This document shows, piece after piece, positions 12,250 to 26,333 of a stretch of 64,000 nucleotides of DNA. The position numbers and the translations under genes are program-made. This DNA comes from Felis catus (lineage: Eukaryota), in NCBI RefSeq assembly GCF_018350175.1, contig NC_058368.1:89468001-89532000 (forward strand), written 5' to 3'. The notes below the pieces were generated by a model, which did no database searches, was not told the DNA's origin, and saw only the letters and a list, made by a program, of their open reading frames with translations. Every line of letters begins with the position of its first letter. Positions within the stretch are counted from its first letter, which is position 1.

Positions 12250-13176
12250 GAGAGAGGGAAGATGGCGGCGTAGGAGGACGCTGGGCTCACCGTGCGTCCT
12301 GCTGATCACTTAGATTCCACCTACACCTGCCTAAATAACCCAGAAAACCGCCAGAGGATTAGCAGAACGGAATCTCCGGAGCCAAGCGCAGACGAGAGGC
12401 CCACGGAAGAGGGTAGGAAGGACGGCGAGGCGGTGCACGCTCCACGGACTGGCGGGAGGGAGCCGGGGCGGAGGGACGGCTCGCCGGCCAAGCAGAGCCC
12501 CCGAGTCTGGCTGGCAAAAGCGGAGGGGCCTGACGGACTGTGTTCCGACAGCAAGCGCGACTTAGCGTCTGGGAGGTCATAAGTTAACAGCTCTGCTCGG
12601 AAAGCGGGAAGGCTGGAGGACAAAGGGAGGGAGAGCTGCTGAGCCCCTGGACGACAGAGCTCAGTTTGGTGGGGAACAAAGGCACTCGCCAGTGCCATCT
12701 CCCCCGCCCATCCCCCAGCCAAAATCCCAGAGGGAACCAGTTCCTGCCAGGGAACTTGCTCGCTCCGCGCAAACACCCAACTCTGTGCTTCTGCGGAGCC
12801 AAACCTCCGGCAGCGGATCTGACTCCCTCCCGCTGCCACAGGGCCCCTCCTGAAGTGGATCACCTAAGGAGAAGCGATCTAAGCCTGCCCCTCCTGCCCC
12901 CGTGCACCTTGCCTACCCACCCCAGCTAATACGCCAGATCCCCAGCATCACAAGCCTGGCAGTGTGCAAGTAGCCCAGATGGGCCAGGCCACCCCACAGT
13001 GAATCCCGCCCCTAGGAGAGGGGAAGAGAAGGCACACACCAGTCTGACTGTGGCCCCAGCGGTGGGCTGGGGGCAGACATCAGGTCTGACTGCGGCCCCG
13101 CCCACCAACTCCAGTTATACACCACAGCACAGGGGAAGTGCCCTGCAGGTCCTCACCACTCCAGGGACTATCCAAA
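12250..13176 (+). promoter_or_regulatory. L1 5'UTR internal promoter (CpG-rich, YY1 motif)
   Basis: GC/CpG-rich, starting gagagagggaagatggcggcg. YY1 sites near L1 5' ends are established knowledge. Confidence 0.8.
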
Positions 13177-14070
13177 ATGACCAAGCGGAAGAATTCCCCT
13201 CAGAAGAATCTCCAGGAAATAACAACAGCTAATGAACTGATCAAAAAGGATTTAAATAATATAACAGAAAGTGAATTTAGAATAATAGTCATAAAATTAA
13301 TCGCTGGGCTTGAAAACAGTATAGAGGACAGCAGAGAATCTCTTGCTACAGAGATCAAGGGACTAAGGAACAGTCACGAGGAGCTGAAAAGCGCTTTAAA
13401 CGAAATGCAAAACAAAATGGAAACGACGACAGCTCGGCTTGAAGAGGCAGAGGAGAGAATAGGTGAACTAGAAGATAAAGTTATGGAAAAAGAGGAAGCT
13501 GAGAGAAAGAGAGATAAAAAAATCCAGGAGTATGAGGGGAAAATTAGAGAACTAAGTGATACACTAAAAAGAAATAATATACGCATAGTTGGTATCCCAG
13601 AGGAGGAAGAGAGAGGGAAAGGTGCTGAAGGGGTACTTGAAGAAATTATAGCTGAGAACTTCCCTGAACTGGGGAAGGAAAAAGGCATTGAAATCCAAGA
13701 GGCACAGAGAACTCCCTTCAGACCTAACTTGAATCGATCTTCTGCACGACATATCATAGTGAAACTGGCAAAATACAAGGATAAAGAGAAAATTCTGAAA
13801 GCAGCAAGGGATAAACGTGCCCTCACATATAAAGGGAGACCTATAAGACTCGTGACTGATCTCTCTTTTGAAACTTGGCAGGCCAGAAAGAATTGGCACG
13901 AGATCTTCAGTGTGCTAAACAGAAAAAATATGCAGCCGAGAATCCTTTATCCAGCAGGTCTGTCATTTAGAATAGAAGGAGAGATAAAGGTCTTCCCAAA
14001 CAAACAAAAACTGAAGGAATTTGTCACCACTAAACCAGCCCTACAAGAGATCCTAAGGGGGACCCTGTGA
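13177..14070 (+). CDS. LINE-1 ORF1p (297 aa), intact
   Basis: Same translation as 351-1244 (minus); ATG at 13177. Confidence 0.95.
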   Translation: MTKRKNSPQKNLQEITTANELIKKDLNNITESEFRIIVIKLIAGLENSIEDSRESLATEIKGLRNSHEELKSALNEMQNKMETTTARLEEAEERIGELEDKVMEKEEAERKRDKKIQEYEGKIRELSDTLKRNNIRIVGIPEEEERGKGAEGVLEEIIAENFPELGKEKGIEIQEAQRTPFRPNLNRSSARHIIVKLAKYKDKEKILKAARDKRALTYKGRPIRLVTDLSFETWQARKNWHEIFSVLNRKNMQPRILYPAGLSFRIEGEIKVFPNKQKLKEFVTTKPALQEILRGTL

Positions 14071-14120
14071 GACAAAGTCCCAGAGACATCACTACAAGCA
14101 TAAAACATACAGACATCACA

Positions 14121-17100
14121 ATGACTCTCAACCCGTATCTTTCTATAATAACACTGAATGTAAATGGATTAAATGCGCCAACCAAAAGACATAGGGTATC
14201 AGAATGGATAAAAAAACAAGACCCATCTATTTGCTGTCTACAAGAGACTCATTTTAGACCTGAGGACACCTTTAGATTGAGAGTGAGGGGATGGAGAACT
14301 ATTTATCATGCTACTGGAAGCCAAAAGAAAGCTGGAGTAGCCATACTTATATCAGACAAACTAGACTTTAAATTAAAGGCTGTAACAAGAGATGAAGAAG
14401 GGCATTATATAATAATTACAGGGTCTATCCATCAGGAAGAGCTAACAATTACAAATGTCTATGCGCCGAATACCGGAGCCCCCAAATATATAAAACAATT
14501 GCTCATAAACATAAGCAACCTTATTGATAAGAATGTGGTAATTGCAGGGGACTTTAATACCCCACTTGCAGAAATGGATAGATCATCTAGACACACGGTC
14601 AATAAAGAAACAAGGGCCCTGAATGAGACATTGGATCAGATGGACTTGACAGATATATTTAGAACTCTGCGTCCCAAAGCAACAGAATATACTTTCTTCT
14701 CGAGTGCACATGGAACATTCTCCAAGATAGATCATATACTGGGTCACAAAACAGCCCTTCATAAGTTCACAAGAATTGAAATTATACCATGCATACTTTC
14801 AGACCACAATGCTATGAAGCTTGAAATCAACCACAGGAAAAAGTCTGGAAAACCTCCAAAAGCATGGAGGTTAAAGAACACCCTACTAACGAATGAGTGG
14901 GTCAACCAGGCAATTAGAGAAGAAATTTAAAAATATATGGAAACAAACGAAAATGAAAATACAACAATCCAAACGCTTTGGGACGCAGCGAAGGCAGTCC
15001 TGAGAGGAAAATACATTGCAATCCAGGCCTATCTCAAGAAACAAGAAAAATCCCAAATACAAAATCTAACAGCACACCTAAAGGAACTAGAAGCAGAACA
15101 GCAAAGGCAGCCTAAACCCAGCAGAAGAAGAGAAATAATAAAGATCAGAGCAGAAATAAACAATATAGAATCTAAAAAAACTGTAGAGCAGATCAACGAA
15201 ACCAAGAGTTGGTTTTTTGAAAAAATAAACAAAATTGACAAACCTCTAGCCAGGCTTCTCAAAAAGAAAAGGGAGATGACCCAAATAGATACAATCATGA
15301 ATGAAAATGGAATTATTACAGCCAATCCCTCAGAGATACAAACAATTATCAGGGAATACTGTGAAAAATTATATGCCAACAAATTGGACAACCTGGAAGA
15401 AATGGACAAATTCCTGAACACCCACACTCTTCCAAAACTCAATCAGGAGGAAATAGAAAGCTTGAACAGACCCATAACCAGCGAAGAAATTGAATCAGTT
15501 ATCAAATATCTCCCAACAAATAAGAGTCCAGGACCAGATGGCTTCCCAGGGGAGTTCTACCAGATGTTTAAAGCAGAGATAATACCTATCCTTCTCAAGC
15601 TATTCCAAGAAATAGAAGGGGAAGGAAAACTTCCAGACGCATTCTATGAAGCCAGTATTACTTTGATTCCTAAACCAGACAGAGACCCAGTAACAAAAGA
15701 GAACTACAGGCCAATATCCCTGATGAATATGGATGCAAAAATTCTCAATAAGATACTAGCAAATCGAATTCAACGGCATATGAAAAGAATTATTCACCAT
15801 GATCAAGTGGGATTCATTCCTGGGATGCAGGGCTGGTTCAACATTCGCAAATCAATCAACGTGATACATCACATTAACCAAAAAAAAAGAGAAGAACCAT
15901 ATGATCCTGTCAATCGATGCAGAAAAGGCCTTTGACAAAATCCAGCACCTTTTCTTAATAAAAACCCTTGAGAAAGTCGGGATAGAAGGAACATACTTAA
16001 AGATCATAAAAGCCATTTATGAAATGCCCACAGCTAACATCATCCTCAACGGGGAAAAACTGAGAGCTTTTTCCCTGAGATCAGGAACACGACAGGGATG
16101 CCCACTCTCACCGCTGTTGTTTAACATAGTGCTGGAAGTTCTAGCATCAGCAATCAGACAACAAAAGGAAATCAAAGGCATCAAAATTGGCAAAGATGAA
16201 GTCAAGCTTTCGCTTTTTGCAGATGACATGATATTATACATGGAAAATCCGATAGACTCCACCAAAAGTCTGCTAGAACTGATACAGGAATTCAGCAAAG
16301 TTGCAGGATACAAAATCAATGTACAGAAATCAGTTGCATTCTTATACACTAACAATGAAGCAACAGAAAGACAAATAAAGAAACTGATCCCATTCACAAT
16401 TGCACCAAGAAGCATAAAATACCTAGGAATAAATCTAACCAAAGATGTAAAGGATCTGTATGCTGAAAGCTATAGAAAGCTTATGAAGGTAATTGAAGAA
16501 GATTTAAAGAAATGGAAAGACATTCCCTGCTCATGGATTGGAAGATTAAATATTGTCAAAATGTCAATACTACCCAAAGCTATCTACACATTCAATGCAA
16601 TCCCAATCAAAATTGCACCAGCATTCTTCTCGAAACTAGAACAAGCCATCCTAAAATTCATATGGAACCACAAAAGGCCCCGAATAGCCAAAGGAATTCT
16701 GAAGAAGAAGACCAAAGCAGGAGGCATCACAATCCCACACTTTAGCCTCTACTACAAAGCTGTCATCATCAAGACAGCATGGTATTGGCACAAAAACAGA
16801 CACATAGACCAATGGAATAGAATAGAAACTCCAGAACTAGACCCACAAACATATGGCCAACTCATCTTTGACAAAGCAGCCAATGGAAAAAAGACAGTCT
16901 CTTTAACAAATGGTGCTGGGAGAACTGGACAGCAACATGCAGAAGGTTGAAACTAGACCACTTTCTCACACCATTCACAAAAATAAACTCAAAATGGATA
17001 AAGGACCTGAATGTGAGACAGGAAACCATCAAAACCTTAGAGGAGAAAGCAGGAAAAGACCTCTCTGACCTCAGCCATAGCAATCTCTTACTCGACACAT

Positions 17101-17935
17101 CCCCAAAGGCAAGGGAATTAAAAGCAAAAGTGAATTACTGGGACCTTATGAAGATAAAAAGCTTCTGCACAGCAAAGGAAACAACCAACAAAACTAAAAG
17201 GCAACCAACGGAATGGGAAAAGATATTTGCAAATGACATATCGGACAAAGGGCTAGTATCCAAAATCTATAAAGAGCTCACCAAACTCCACACCCGAAAA
17301 ACAAATAACCCAGTGAAGAAATGGGCAGAAAACATGAATAGACACTTCTCTAAAGAAGACATCCGGATGGCCAACAGGCACATGAAAAGATGTTCAGCGT
17401 CGCTCCTTATCAGGGAAATACAAATCAAAACCGCACTCAGATATCACCTCACGCCAGTCAGAGTGGCCAAAATGAACAAATCAGGAGACTATAGATGCTG
17501 GAGAGGATGTGGAGAAACGGGAACCGTCTTGCCCTGTGGTGGGAATGCAAATTGGTGCAGCCGCTCTGGAAAGCAGTGTGGAGGTTCCTCAGAAAATTAA
17601 AAATAGACCTACCCTATGACCCAGCCATAGCACTGCTAGGAATTTATCCAAGGGATACAGGAGTACTGATGCATAGGGGCACTTGTACCCCAATGTTCAT
17701 AGCAGCACTCTCAACAATAGCCAAAGTATGGAAAGAGCCTAAATGTCCATCAACTGATGAATGGATAAAGAAATTGTGGTTTATATACACAATGGAATTC
17801 TACGTGGCAATGGGAAAAAATGAAATATGGCCTTTGGTAGCAATGTGGATGGAACTGGAGAGTGTGATGCTAAGTGAAATAAGCCATACAGAGAAAGACA
17901 GATACCATGTGGTTTCATTCTTATGTGGATCCTGA
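14121..17935 (+). pseudogene. LINE-1 ORF2p (EN-RT-C-terminal domain), disabled
   Basis: EN, RT ([15 protein letters not shown]) and C-terminal motifs. Lesions: stop at 14928-14930, frameshift at A-run ~15880-15888, 10-bp deletion at ~16879 (compared with 4548-4557), 1-bp deletion at ~17537. Confidence 0.93.
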
Positions 17936-18489
17936 GAAACTTAACAGAAACCCATGGGGGAGGGGAAGGAAAAAAAAAAAAAAGAGGTTAGAGTGGGAGA
18001 GAGCCAAAGCATAAGAGACTGTTAAAAACTGAGAACAAACTGAGGGTTGATGGTGGGTGGGAGGGAGGGGAGGGTGGGTGATGGGTATTGTGGAGGGCAC
18101 CTTTTGGGATGAGCACTGGGTGATGTATGGAAACCAATTTGACAATAAATTTCATATATTAAAAAAAACACTGCACTGAGTGTAAAAAGAAAAGAAAGAC
18201 AAGATGTGCACAGAATGATTCATACATATTTAAAGGGACAAAAACTCAAGAGGAGTGTTATATATTTTATTAAAAAACCATGCCTCCCAATAAAGAAGTG
18301 TCAGGATTAGATGGCTTCACTGGTAAATTCTACCAAATATTTAAAGAAGAATTTAAACTAATCTTTCTCAAACTCATGTAAAATTGAGTAAAAGAGAGAA
18401 CACTTCATAACTCATTCTAAGCCTGGCATTACCAAGTACCAAAGCAAAAAAGGACAATACAAAAGAAATGAAAGTTAAAGACCAATATT

Positions 18490-21400
18490 CTGAGAAGGGT
18501 GGGTAGATTGTGGAGTAAGAAGACTCTAAGCTCACTTCACTGATACAACTAGATAACACTCACATCTGCATAAATAAGTCAGAAAATCACACCAACAGTG
18601 TCAGAACACCCTCCACAACTAAAGGTAGGGAAGAGGCCACATCAAAGTGAGTGGAAAGGGTGAAGATGCAGTGGGGAAAAATTGGACCCTGGCCTTCCAA
18701 GGTCAAGAAGTATTCAGAGGCACACAGAAAGTGGAGAAACAGATTATCACACCAGGGAGTCTGCACAGGGAAAACAAGTGTCCACAGCATTTGGTTTTCA
18801 AAGTGAGAGGGACCAAAGTTCATGAGTTCTTACAATTAGAGGGACTTTTGGAGCCTGGAACTTAAAAAATTAGCTGGCTTAGCTCTAGGAAAGCTCAGAG
18901 GGCAACAGGAAGCAGTGTCTGACCTTAAAGAGAGAGCAAAACCAACATGCCTCAGAGATAAGGCATAGAAGCAGCAGTTTGAAAAAAGTCTGGGGCATAT
19001 GGGAAGGAGAGTTATTTACTCATTTTTGAGAATGTTCTTGAGGGAGACACCTCTAGGAACAAAGGAGCTGGCAGGCAACATTACCTTTCCCATCCCCCAA
19101 CATAAACATATGGCCACTTGTAGGAACAAGCATGGTGCCTACATTCACCACCTTGAATGTAAGCATTCACTTGCTTACACACCAAGCACTGCCACCCTGC
19201 CTAAGTAGGCAGATTTGCCTTGTCCAGTTACACTTGCCTCAGTTTTGTTGCTACAGGTCTCCCTTCCCACTCAAGACTAACTCAAACCTTGCCAACAGCA
19301 TGTCTCTCAACCACTGTGTTTTGTGGGTTCTTGGTCTGGGCAGGGATAGAGATAGGTACTGTGGAAGCCCGAGGCACACGTTTTAAAAATTGTGCACCCC
19401 TCCCAACAGATCCCAGTCCCAGGAACATCTCATTTCAGAAGGAAACCAACATGCACCTTGTTAAAACTGCATGAACTACCCCAGCCAAGGACCAAACACT
19501 GCCCAAAACAGTCAAAGAGAGCCTCCAGAGATGACAGGATTGAAAGAAAAAGTGGCCAGGACAAAACAAAAAGGCACATGCAGCACACATAGGAGACACC
19601 CCTAAAGTGCCAGCTTATGTAAAACAGGAGACACTGCAGGACCTCTTCTTCATAAGGTTACTACTTTTAAGAGCAAGAGACATAGCTGACTTTCCTAACA
19701 GACAGAAACAGACACAGAGCATTAGACAAAATGAAGAGACAGAGGATTATGTCCCAAATAAAGGAATAGGACAAAATCACAGCAGGAGACCTAAGCAAAA
19801 CAGAGATAAGTATGCCTGATAGGGAATTTAAAGTAGTGATCATAGATACTCAAAGGACTTGAGAAAAGAGTGGAAGACATCAGTGAAACTCTTAACAAAG
19901 AGATTTAAAACAACAATCAGAGATGAAGAGCACAATAAATGAAATTAAAAATACACTAGATAAAATGAAGCATTTATAGAGGGAGAGGAAAGTGGCAGAG
20001 GAGTAGGAGCCTTGTCTTGTCCCACAAACACAACTAGATAACTATCACAAATACCTCACAAATAGACCTGAGGACTGACAGAACAAACTCCACCACTAAA
20101 GGGAAAGAAGAGGCCACATAAAAGAAAGTAGAAAGTGCAGATACCTGGTTTTGGAGAGAAACGGATCATGGGTGCTGTGTAGGAGAGGAAACTGTGGTCA
20201 TGGAGGAGGGCTAGAGAGTGAGAGGCACCCAGGGGATTACAAAAGAAGAATTCCCCATATCCATTGGTTTGGAAAATGAGAGGGGCTGAATTTTGTGAGT
20301 TCTTGAGGACAGCAAAGCTTAATGCATTGAGTTTTAAAGGCTTGGCTAGGATAGAGCCCTGAGGGCACTGCCCTATTCCTGGACAGAAGACAGGCAAACA
20401 TCATGGAGGCAGACAACCTGGAAAAAGCCGTATGAAGAGCACCTGAGGAACACAGAAGGAAGATTATTCACTCCTCCAAACAAGTTCTGGAGAGGCAGTG
20501 TTCATTGAGATGCCTCTCTCTGACCAAAGTTGCTGGCTGGAGCCATTTCCTTCCCCTGCGCATCAGCATAAACACAGAGGCACCTGCAGGAAGCAGTGCA
20601 GCACTACACTAGCTGCCTAAAAATACTACCCAAGTATTCTGTAGTCAAGAATACTCTATCCAGCAAGGCTATCATTCAAAAATAAAAGAAGAGAAGACAA
20701 GTTTTCCAGACAAAGAAAAACTAAAGGAATTCAAGACCAGTAAACCAACCCTGCAAGAAATTTTAAAGAGGACTTCTTGTGTGGAAAAAAGAGACCGAAA
20801 GTGAGAAAGACAAGAAAGAATCATAGAAAATCTCCAGAAACAATGACAAAAGTAATATAATGGATATAAATACATATATATTAATAATTACTTTGTATTT
20901 TAATGGACTAAATATTCCAGTTGAAAGACATCGGTTATCACAATGGGTAAAAAAAACAAGACCCGTCTGTATGCTGACTACAAGAGATTCATTTTAGACA
21001 TAAAAACACCAGAATGAAAGTGAGGAGATGGAGAAACACTTATCATTCAAATGGATATCAAAAGAAAGCCAGAGTAGCCATACTTATATCAGAAAATTAG
21101 ATATTAAACCAAAGAATGTTACAAAACATGAAGAAGGACACTCTATCAAAATTAAGAGGTCTATCCAACAAGATCTGACAATTGTAAATATTTATACTCA
21201 CAACTTGTACCCAAATATATAAATCAATTAAGAACAAACATAAAGGAACTCATTGATAATAATACAACAATAGTAGGGGACTTTAACCCCCCACTTACAA
21301 TGGACCAATCATCTAAGCAGAAAATCAATAAGGAAACAAAGACTTTGTATGACACACTGGACCAGATGGATTTAACAAATATATTCAGAAAATTTCATAC

Positions 21401-24300
21401 TAAAGCTGCAGAATACATCTTCTTTTCGAGGGCACATAGAACTTTCTCCAGAGTAGATCACTTATTGGGTCGCAAATCAGGTCTCAATAAGTACAAAAAG
21501 ACTGAGATCATACCATGCATCTTTTCTGAACACTGCTATGAAACTTGAAGTAAACCACAAGAAAAAATTTAGAAAGACCACAAATGCATGGAGGGTAAAC
21601 AACATGCTACCAAACAATGAATGGGTCAACCAGGAAATCAAAGAAGAAATTAAAAAATAGAAAACAGGGGCGCCTGGGCAGCTCGGTCAGTTAAGCGTCC
21701 GACTTCAGCTCAGGTCATGATCTCGCGGTCTATGAGTTCGAGCCCCGCGTGGGGCTCTGTGCTGACAGCTCAGAGCCTGGAGCCTGTTTCAGAGTCTGTG
21801 TCTCCCTCTCTCGCTGCCCTTCCCCTGTTCATGCTCTGTCTCTCTCTGTCTCAAAAATAAATAAACGTTAAAAAAAAATAGCAGAAAACAAGTGAAAATA
21901 TAAATGCAATGGTCCAAAACCTTTGGGATATAGCAAAAGCAGTCCTAAGAGGGAAGTATATAGCAAACCAGGTCTACCTCAAGAAGCATGAAAAATCTGA
22001 AATAAAGAATCTAACCTTACACGTAAAGGAGGTAGAAACAGCATAAAAAACAAAGCCTAGAGGTAGCAGATGAAGGGAAATAATAAAGATTAGAGAAGAA
22101 ATAAATGATATAGACACTAAAACCAAGAGGAGAACAGATAAAGGAAACCAGAAGTTGGTTCTTTGAAAGAAGTAATAAAATTAATAAACCCCTAACAAGA
22201 CTTATCAAAAAGTAAAGAGAAAGGACACAAATAAATAAAATCACAAATGAGAGAGGAAAAAAAACCCAACACCACAGAAATAGAAACAATTATAAAAGAA
22301 TATTATGAAAAGTTAAATGCCAACAAATTGGACAACCTCAAAGAAATGGATAAATTCCTAGAAACATAAACTACCAAAAATGAAACAGGAAGAAATAGTA
22401 AATGTAAACAGACTGATAAACAGCAAAAAATTGAATTGGTAATGAAAAAGCTCTCAACAAACAAAAGTTGAGGACCAGATGGCATCATGAGGGGATTCTA
22501 CCAAACATTTTAAAAAAGAGTTAATACCCTTCCTTCTCAAATTATTCCAAAAAATAGAAAAGGAGGGAGAACCTCCAAATTTATTCTATGAGGCCAGCAT
22601 TACCCTTATTCCAAAATTAGACAAAGATGCCACTAAAAAGGAGAACTACAGGCCAATATCTTTGATGAACATGCATGCAAAAATTTTCAGTGATATACTA
22701 GCAAACCAAGTCCAACAGCACACTCAAGATTCATTCACCATGATCAAGTGGATTTATTCTTAGGCTGCAATCGTAGTTCAATATTCACAAATCAATCAAA
22801 GTGATAAACCTGATTAATAAAAGAAAGGATAAGAACCATATGACCCTTTCAATATGCAGAAAAGGTATTTGAAAAAGTGCAAATCCATTCATGATAACAG
22901 ACACATAGATAAATGAAACAGAATAGAAAACCCATAAATGATCCCACAGCCATATGGTCAATTAATATTCAACAAAGCAGGAAAGAACATCCAATGGAAA
23001 AACACAGTCTCTTCAACAAACGATGTTGGGAAAACAGGACAGCAACATGCAATGGAAAGAAACCACTTTCTTTACACCATACACAAAAATAAATTCAAAA
23101 TGGATTAAAGACCTAAATGTGAGATCTGAAACCATAAAGATTCTAGAAGAGAACACAGGCAGTAACTTCTTTGACAGGGGCTGTAGCAACTTCTTTCTAG
23201 ATATGTCCCCTGAAACAAGGGAAACCAACACAAAAATAAACTATTGGGACCTCATCAAAATAAAAAACTTCTGCACAGCAAAGGAAACAATCAACAAAAC
23301 TAAATGGCATTCTATGGAATGGAAAATATATTTGTAAATGATGTATCTGATAAAGTGTTAGTATCCAAAATATATAATGAACTTATAAACAGAACACCAC
23401 CAAAACAAATAATCCAATTAAAAAATGGGCTGGAGAGATGGACAGACATTTCTCCAAAGGAGACATCCAGATGACCAATGGACACATGAAAAGATGTTCA
23501 TCAGCACTTAGCATAAGAGAAGGGCAAATCAAAGCTACAATAGGATATCACCTCACACTTGTCAGAATGGCTAAAATCAAAAACACAAGAAACAAGAAGC
23601 GTTGGCTAGGCTGTGGAGAAAAAGGAATCGTCTTGCACTATTGGTGGCAATGTAAACTCGTGCAGCAACTCTGGAAAACAGAATGGAGGTTTCTCAAAAA
23701 GTTAAAAATAGTACTACCTTGTGATCTAGCAATCTCACTACTGGATAATTATACAAAACATACAATAACACTAATTCAGAGGGATATGTGCACCCCTATG
23801 TATATAGCAACATTATTTACAACAGCCAAATTAGGGAATCAGCCTATGTCCATTGACTGATGAATGGATAAAGAAGAGGTGGTATATATACACAATGGAA
23901 TATTAGTCATAGTAAAAATGAAATCTTATCATTTGCAATGACATGGATGGAGCTAGAAAATATAATGCTAAGTGAAATAAATCAGAGAAAGACAAATACC
24001 ATATGGTCTCATTCATATGTGAAATTTAAGAAACAAAACAAATAAGCAATGGGAAAAAAGAGAGATGGAGAGACCCAAGTCAAGAAACCCACTCTTAGTT
24101 ATAGAGAAAAATGTTATACTTATCAGAGGAGAGTTGGGTGGGGGAACAGAATAAATAGGTGGTAGGGATTAAAGAGTCCACTTGTAATGAAGATCACTGG
24201 GTGATATATTGAATTGTTGAGTTGCTATATTTTACACCTGAAACTAATGTTTATTATACTGGAATTTCAAAAATTTAGATTTGTTTTTAAAATAAAGTGT
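18490..24300 (+). mobile_element. Older carnivore L1 mosaic (two 5'UTR-like segments at ~18490 and ~19980, degenerate ORF1/ORF2, 3'UTR)
   Basis: Degenerate L1 5' ends; ORF2 remnants ([21 protein letters not shown]); internal deletion near 22895; 3' end at ~24290. Confidence 0.85.
21667..21878 (+). mobile_element. CanSINE (felid type)
   Basis: ggggcgcctggg head, CT-rich region, poly(A); agaaaaca flanks both sides. Confidence 0.92.
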
Positions 24301-24519
24301 AAAAAAAGTACTATCTAGATTTCTCTTCTTCAAATGCCATCCAACATGTCTTCTCCCCTTTACAGGTGCAGGAAAAATCCTTTGACAGTTGTTTCTACTC
24401 CAGGTCTCTATTCCTTACCTTCCACTCTTACAATATCAGCAAAATACAAAACTGCTCTTATAATCACTCTAAAGCATATGTTGCTAATCCCGATGTAATT
24501 TTTAACTGCATGTTTTTCT

Positions 24520-24737
24520 TTTTTTTATTTTTTTTGAACGTTTATTTATTTTTGAGACAGAGAGAGACAAAGCATGAACGGGGGAGGGTCAGAGAGAGGG
24601 AGACACAGAATCTGAAACAGGCTCCAGACTCTGAGCTGTCAGCACAGAGCCAGACGCGGGGCTCGAACTCATGGACCGCGAGATCATGACCTGAGCCGAA
24701 GTCGGCCGCTTAACCGACTGAGCCACCCAGGCGCCCC
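24520..24737 (-). mobile_element. CanSINE (felid type)
   Basis: Minus-strand SINE; TSD tgcatgtttttct on both sides. Confidence 0.93.
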
Positions 24738-24779
24738 TGCATGTTTTTCTATATTCTTCTTCCATTTACTCTTGCTCAT

Positions 24780-25750
24780 TCCTTCCACTGGAAGAACATT
24801 CTTCACCGATCACTCCTTCTCAAGCTCCTGTGCTGGGTCCCTCTTTTCTGCTGACCTCTTCACACCCTTGTCTGCTCTCTCCCCAGTCACTCCTTGGCGC
24901 TTGCATCCAGTAATGTGGTTTTACAGCAACTACAACTGATAGGCCCACACTGACTTGCCTTTGCCCACACACTTTACCCACATCAACAATCATATATCCA
25001 ACCGCCTACATGACATCTCCATGAGGATCTGTATTAGACGTCTGAAACTGAACTGGTCCCAAACTTCACTCTGGATATCACATCCTACACCTGCTCCTCT
25101 CACCTCCCCATTAGAGACTGTGGCAATCCTTTCCTTCAGTGCACCCAGGGAAGAACACTGGAGCCATCCTCCATCCACTCATCCACTCCACATCTACTCC
25201 ATCAGGAAAACCTGATTGGCTGCATTTTTAAAACAATCCAGAATCCAAACTACCATTCTGTCCTGTCTCAAAACCCCCATATCTCACGGGGATTATTCCA
25301 AAACCTCTTCACTGGTTCTCCTTCATATATCTTTTCTCCACTACACTCCAAGATCAACACAGCAGCCAGAATAATTCTGTGAAAATAGAACATACAACAG
25401 GCCACAACTGGCAAAAATTATGTATGTACATCAATTTTTCTGAGAATAATGGCAAAAGTAAGCCTTTTAATGGCTCAGTAAACCAGACATTGACCCAGCA
25501 TGCTGATCCCTCCCCATGCCCTCACATCACCCCCTGTGCCCTCACCAGCTGATGTGTCTCTTCCTCCCAGATTCCCTGATTCCTTTTTCCTGACTTCCTT
25601 CAGTCTTGGCTGAAACCTCATCTTCAAGACAGGTCCCTTCCTGACCACTCCTTTCAAAATACAAATCCTCCTGCCTGCACCAGGAAACCATTTTATCCTA
25701 CATTTATTTTCTAACCTGCTAAATGTTATGCCTCTTTCACTGAAAAATAT
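24780..25750. mobile_element. Ancient L2-like fragments
   Basis: Pyrimidine-rich degenerate sequence resembling the L2 3' region (recalled similarity only). Confidence 0.5.
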
Positions 25751-26333
25751 GAGCACATTTAACCCTCATTTGTATACTTTTGATCACTGGTACATGATCA
25801 AAAGCTGAGGAGTGCTGACTTATGGATGATATCTAACAATGAATTATTGATGACTGTTAAAACCTCAGAGATTGAGAGTTGGACACTCAGGAAATAGTTG
25901 TCAAATGATTAACTGAGACAAGAGAATGGCACTTTAGGTTTGATGCTTTGGCGTCGGGTGCCTGTGTTATTAAAGAAGAGGGTGCACTGCAAGAATGTGA
26001 ATAGGAATGAATCTCTACCTTCCCAGAAGGCACAGCATCAGCATGGGAAGCATAGGATCAAACTCTGTTAAACTCACTTTCCAAGAAGGAACTCACTTAT
26101 TCTCTTGATATTTTTGTACCAAAAAAAAAAAAAAAATCTGAGGTCAGCACTTTTCTCATTGGCCTGGGCACTACATGAATGTCAGCTTCATTTTGTTTGT
26201 CAGGCTTATTGGTTAATTTAAAAATGTAATATTTCAGTAAGTGTACTGATTGCAAAAAGAAAAATAAAAACCATAGAAAAATTGCTTAAATTACACATTC
26301 CTATTAATTAAAATTCCTATTACATATTAGGGG

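Noticed and set aside
12321..12863. 180-aa antisense ORF in the L1 5'UTR (mirror at 1558-2100)
   Set aside because: Starts at GTG, lies in GC-rich low-stop sequence and has no recognisable domain.
15880..15888. ORF2 frameshift as evidence of element age
   Set aside because: Falls in an A homopolymer and may be a sequencing error; the stop codon and 10-bp deletion disable ORF2 independently.
13374..16442. Antisense ORFs of 110-150 aa opposite L1 ORF1/ORF2
   Set aside because: Expected by-products of L1 codon and strand bias.
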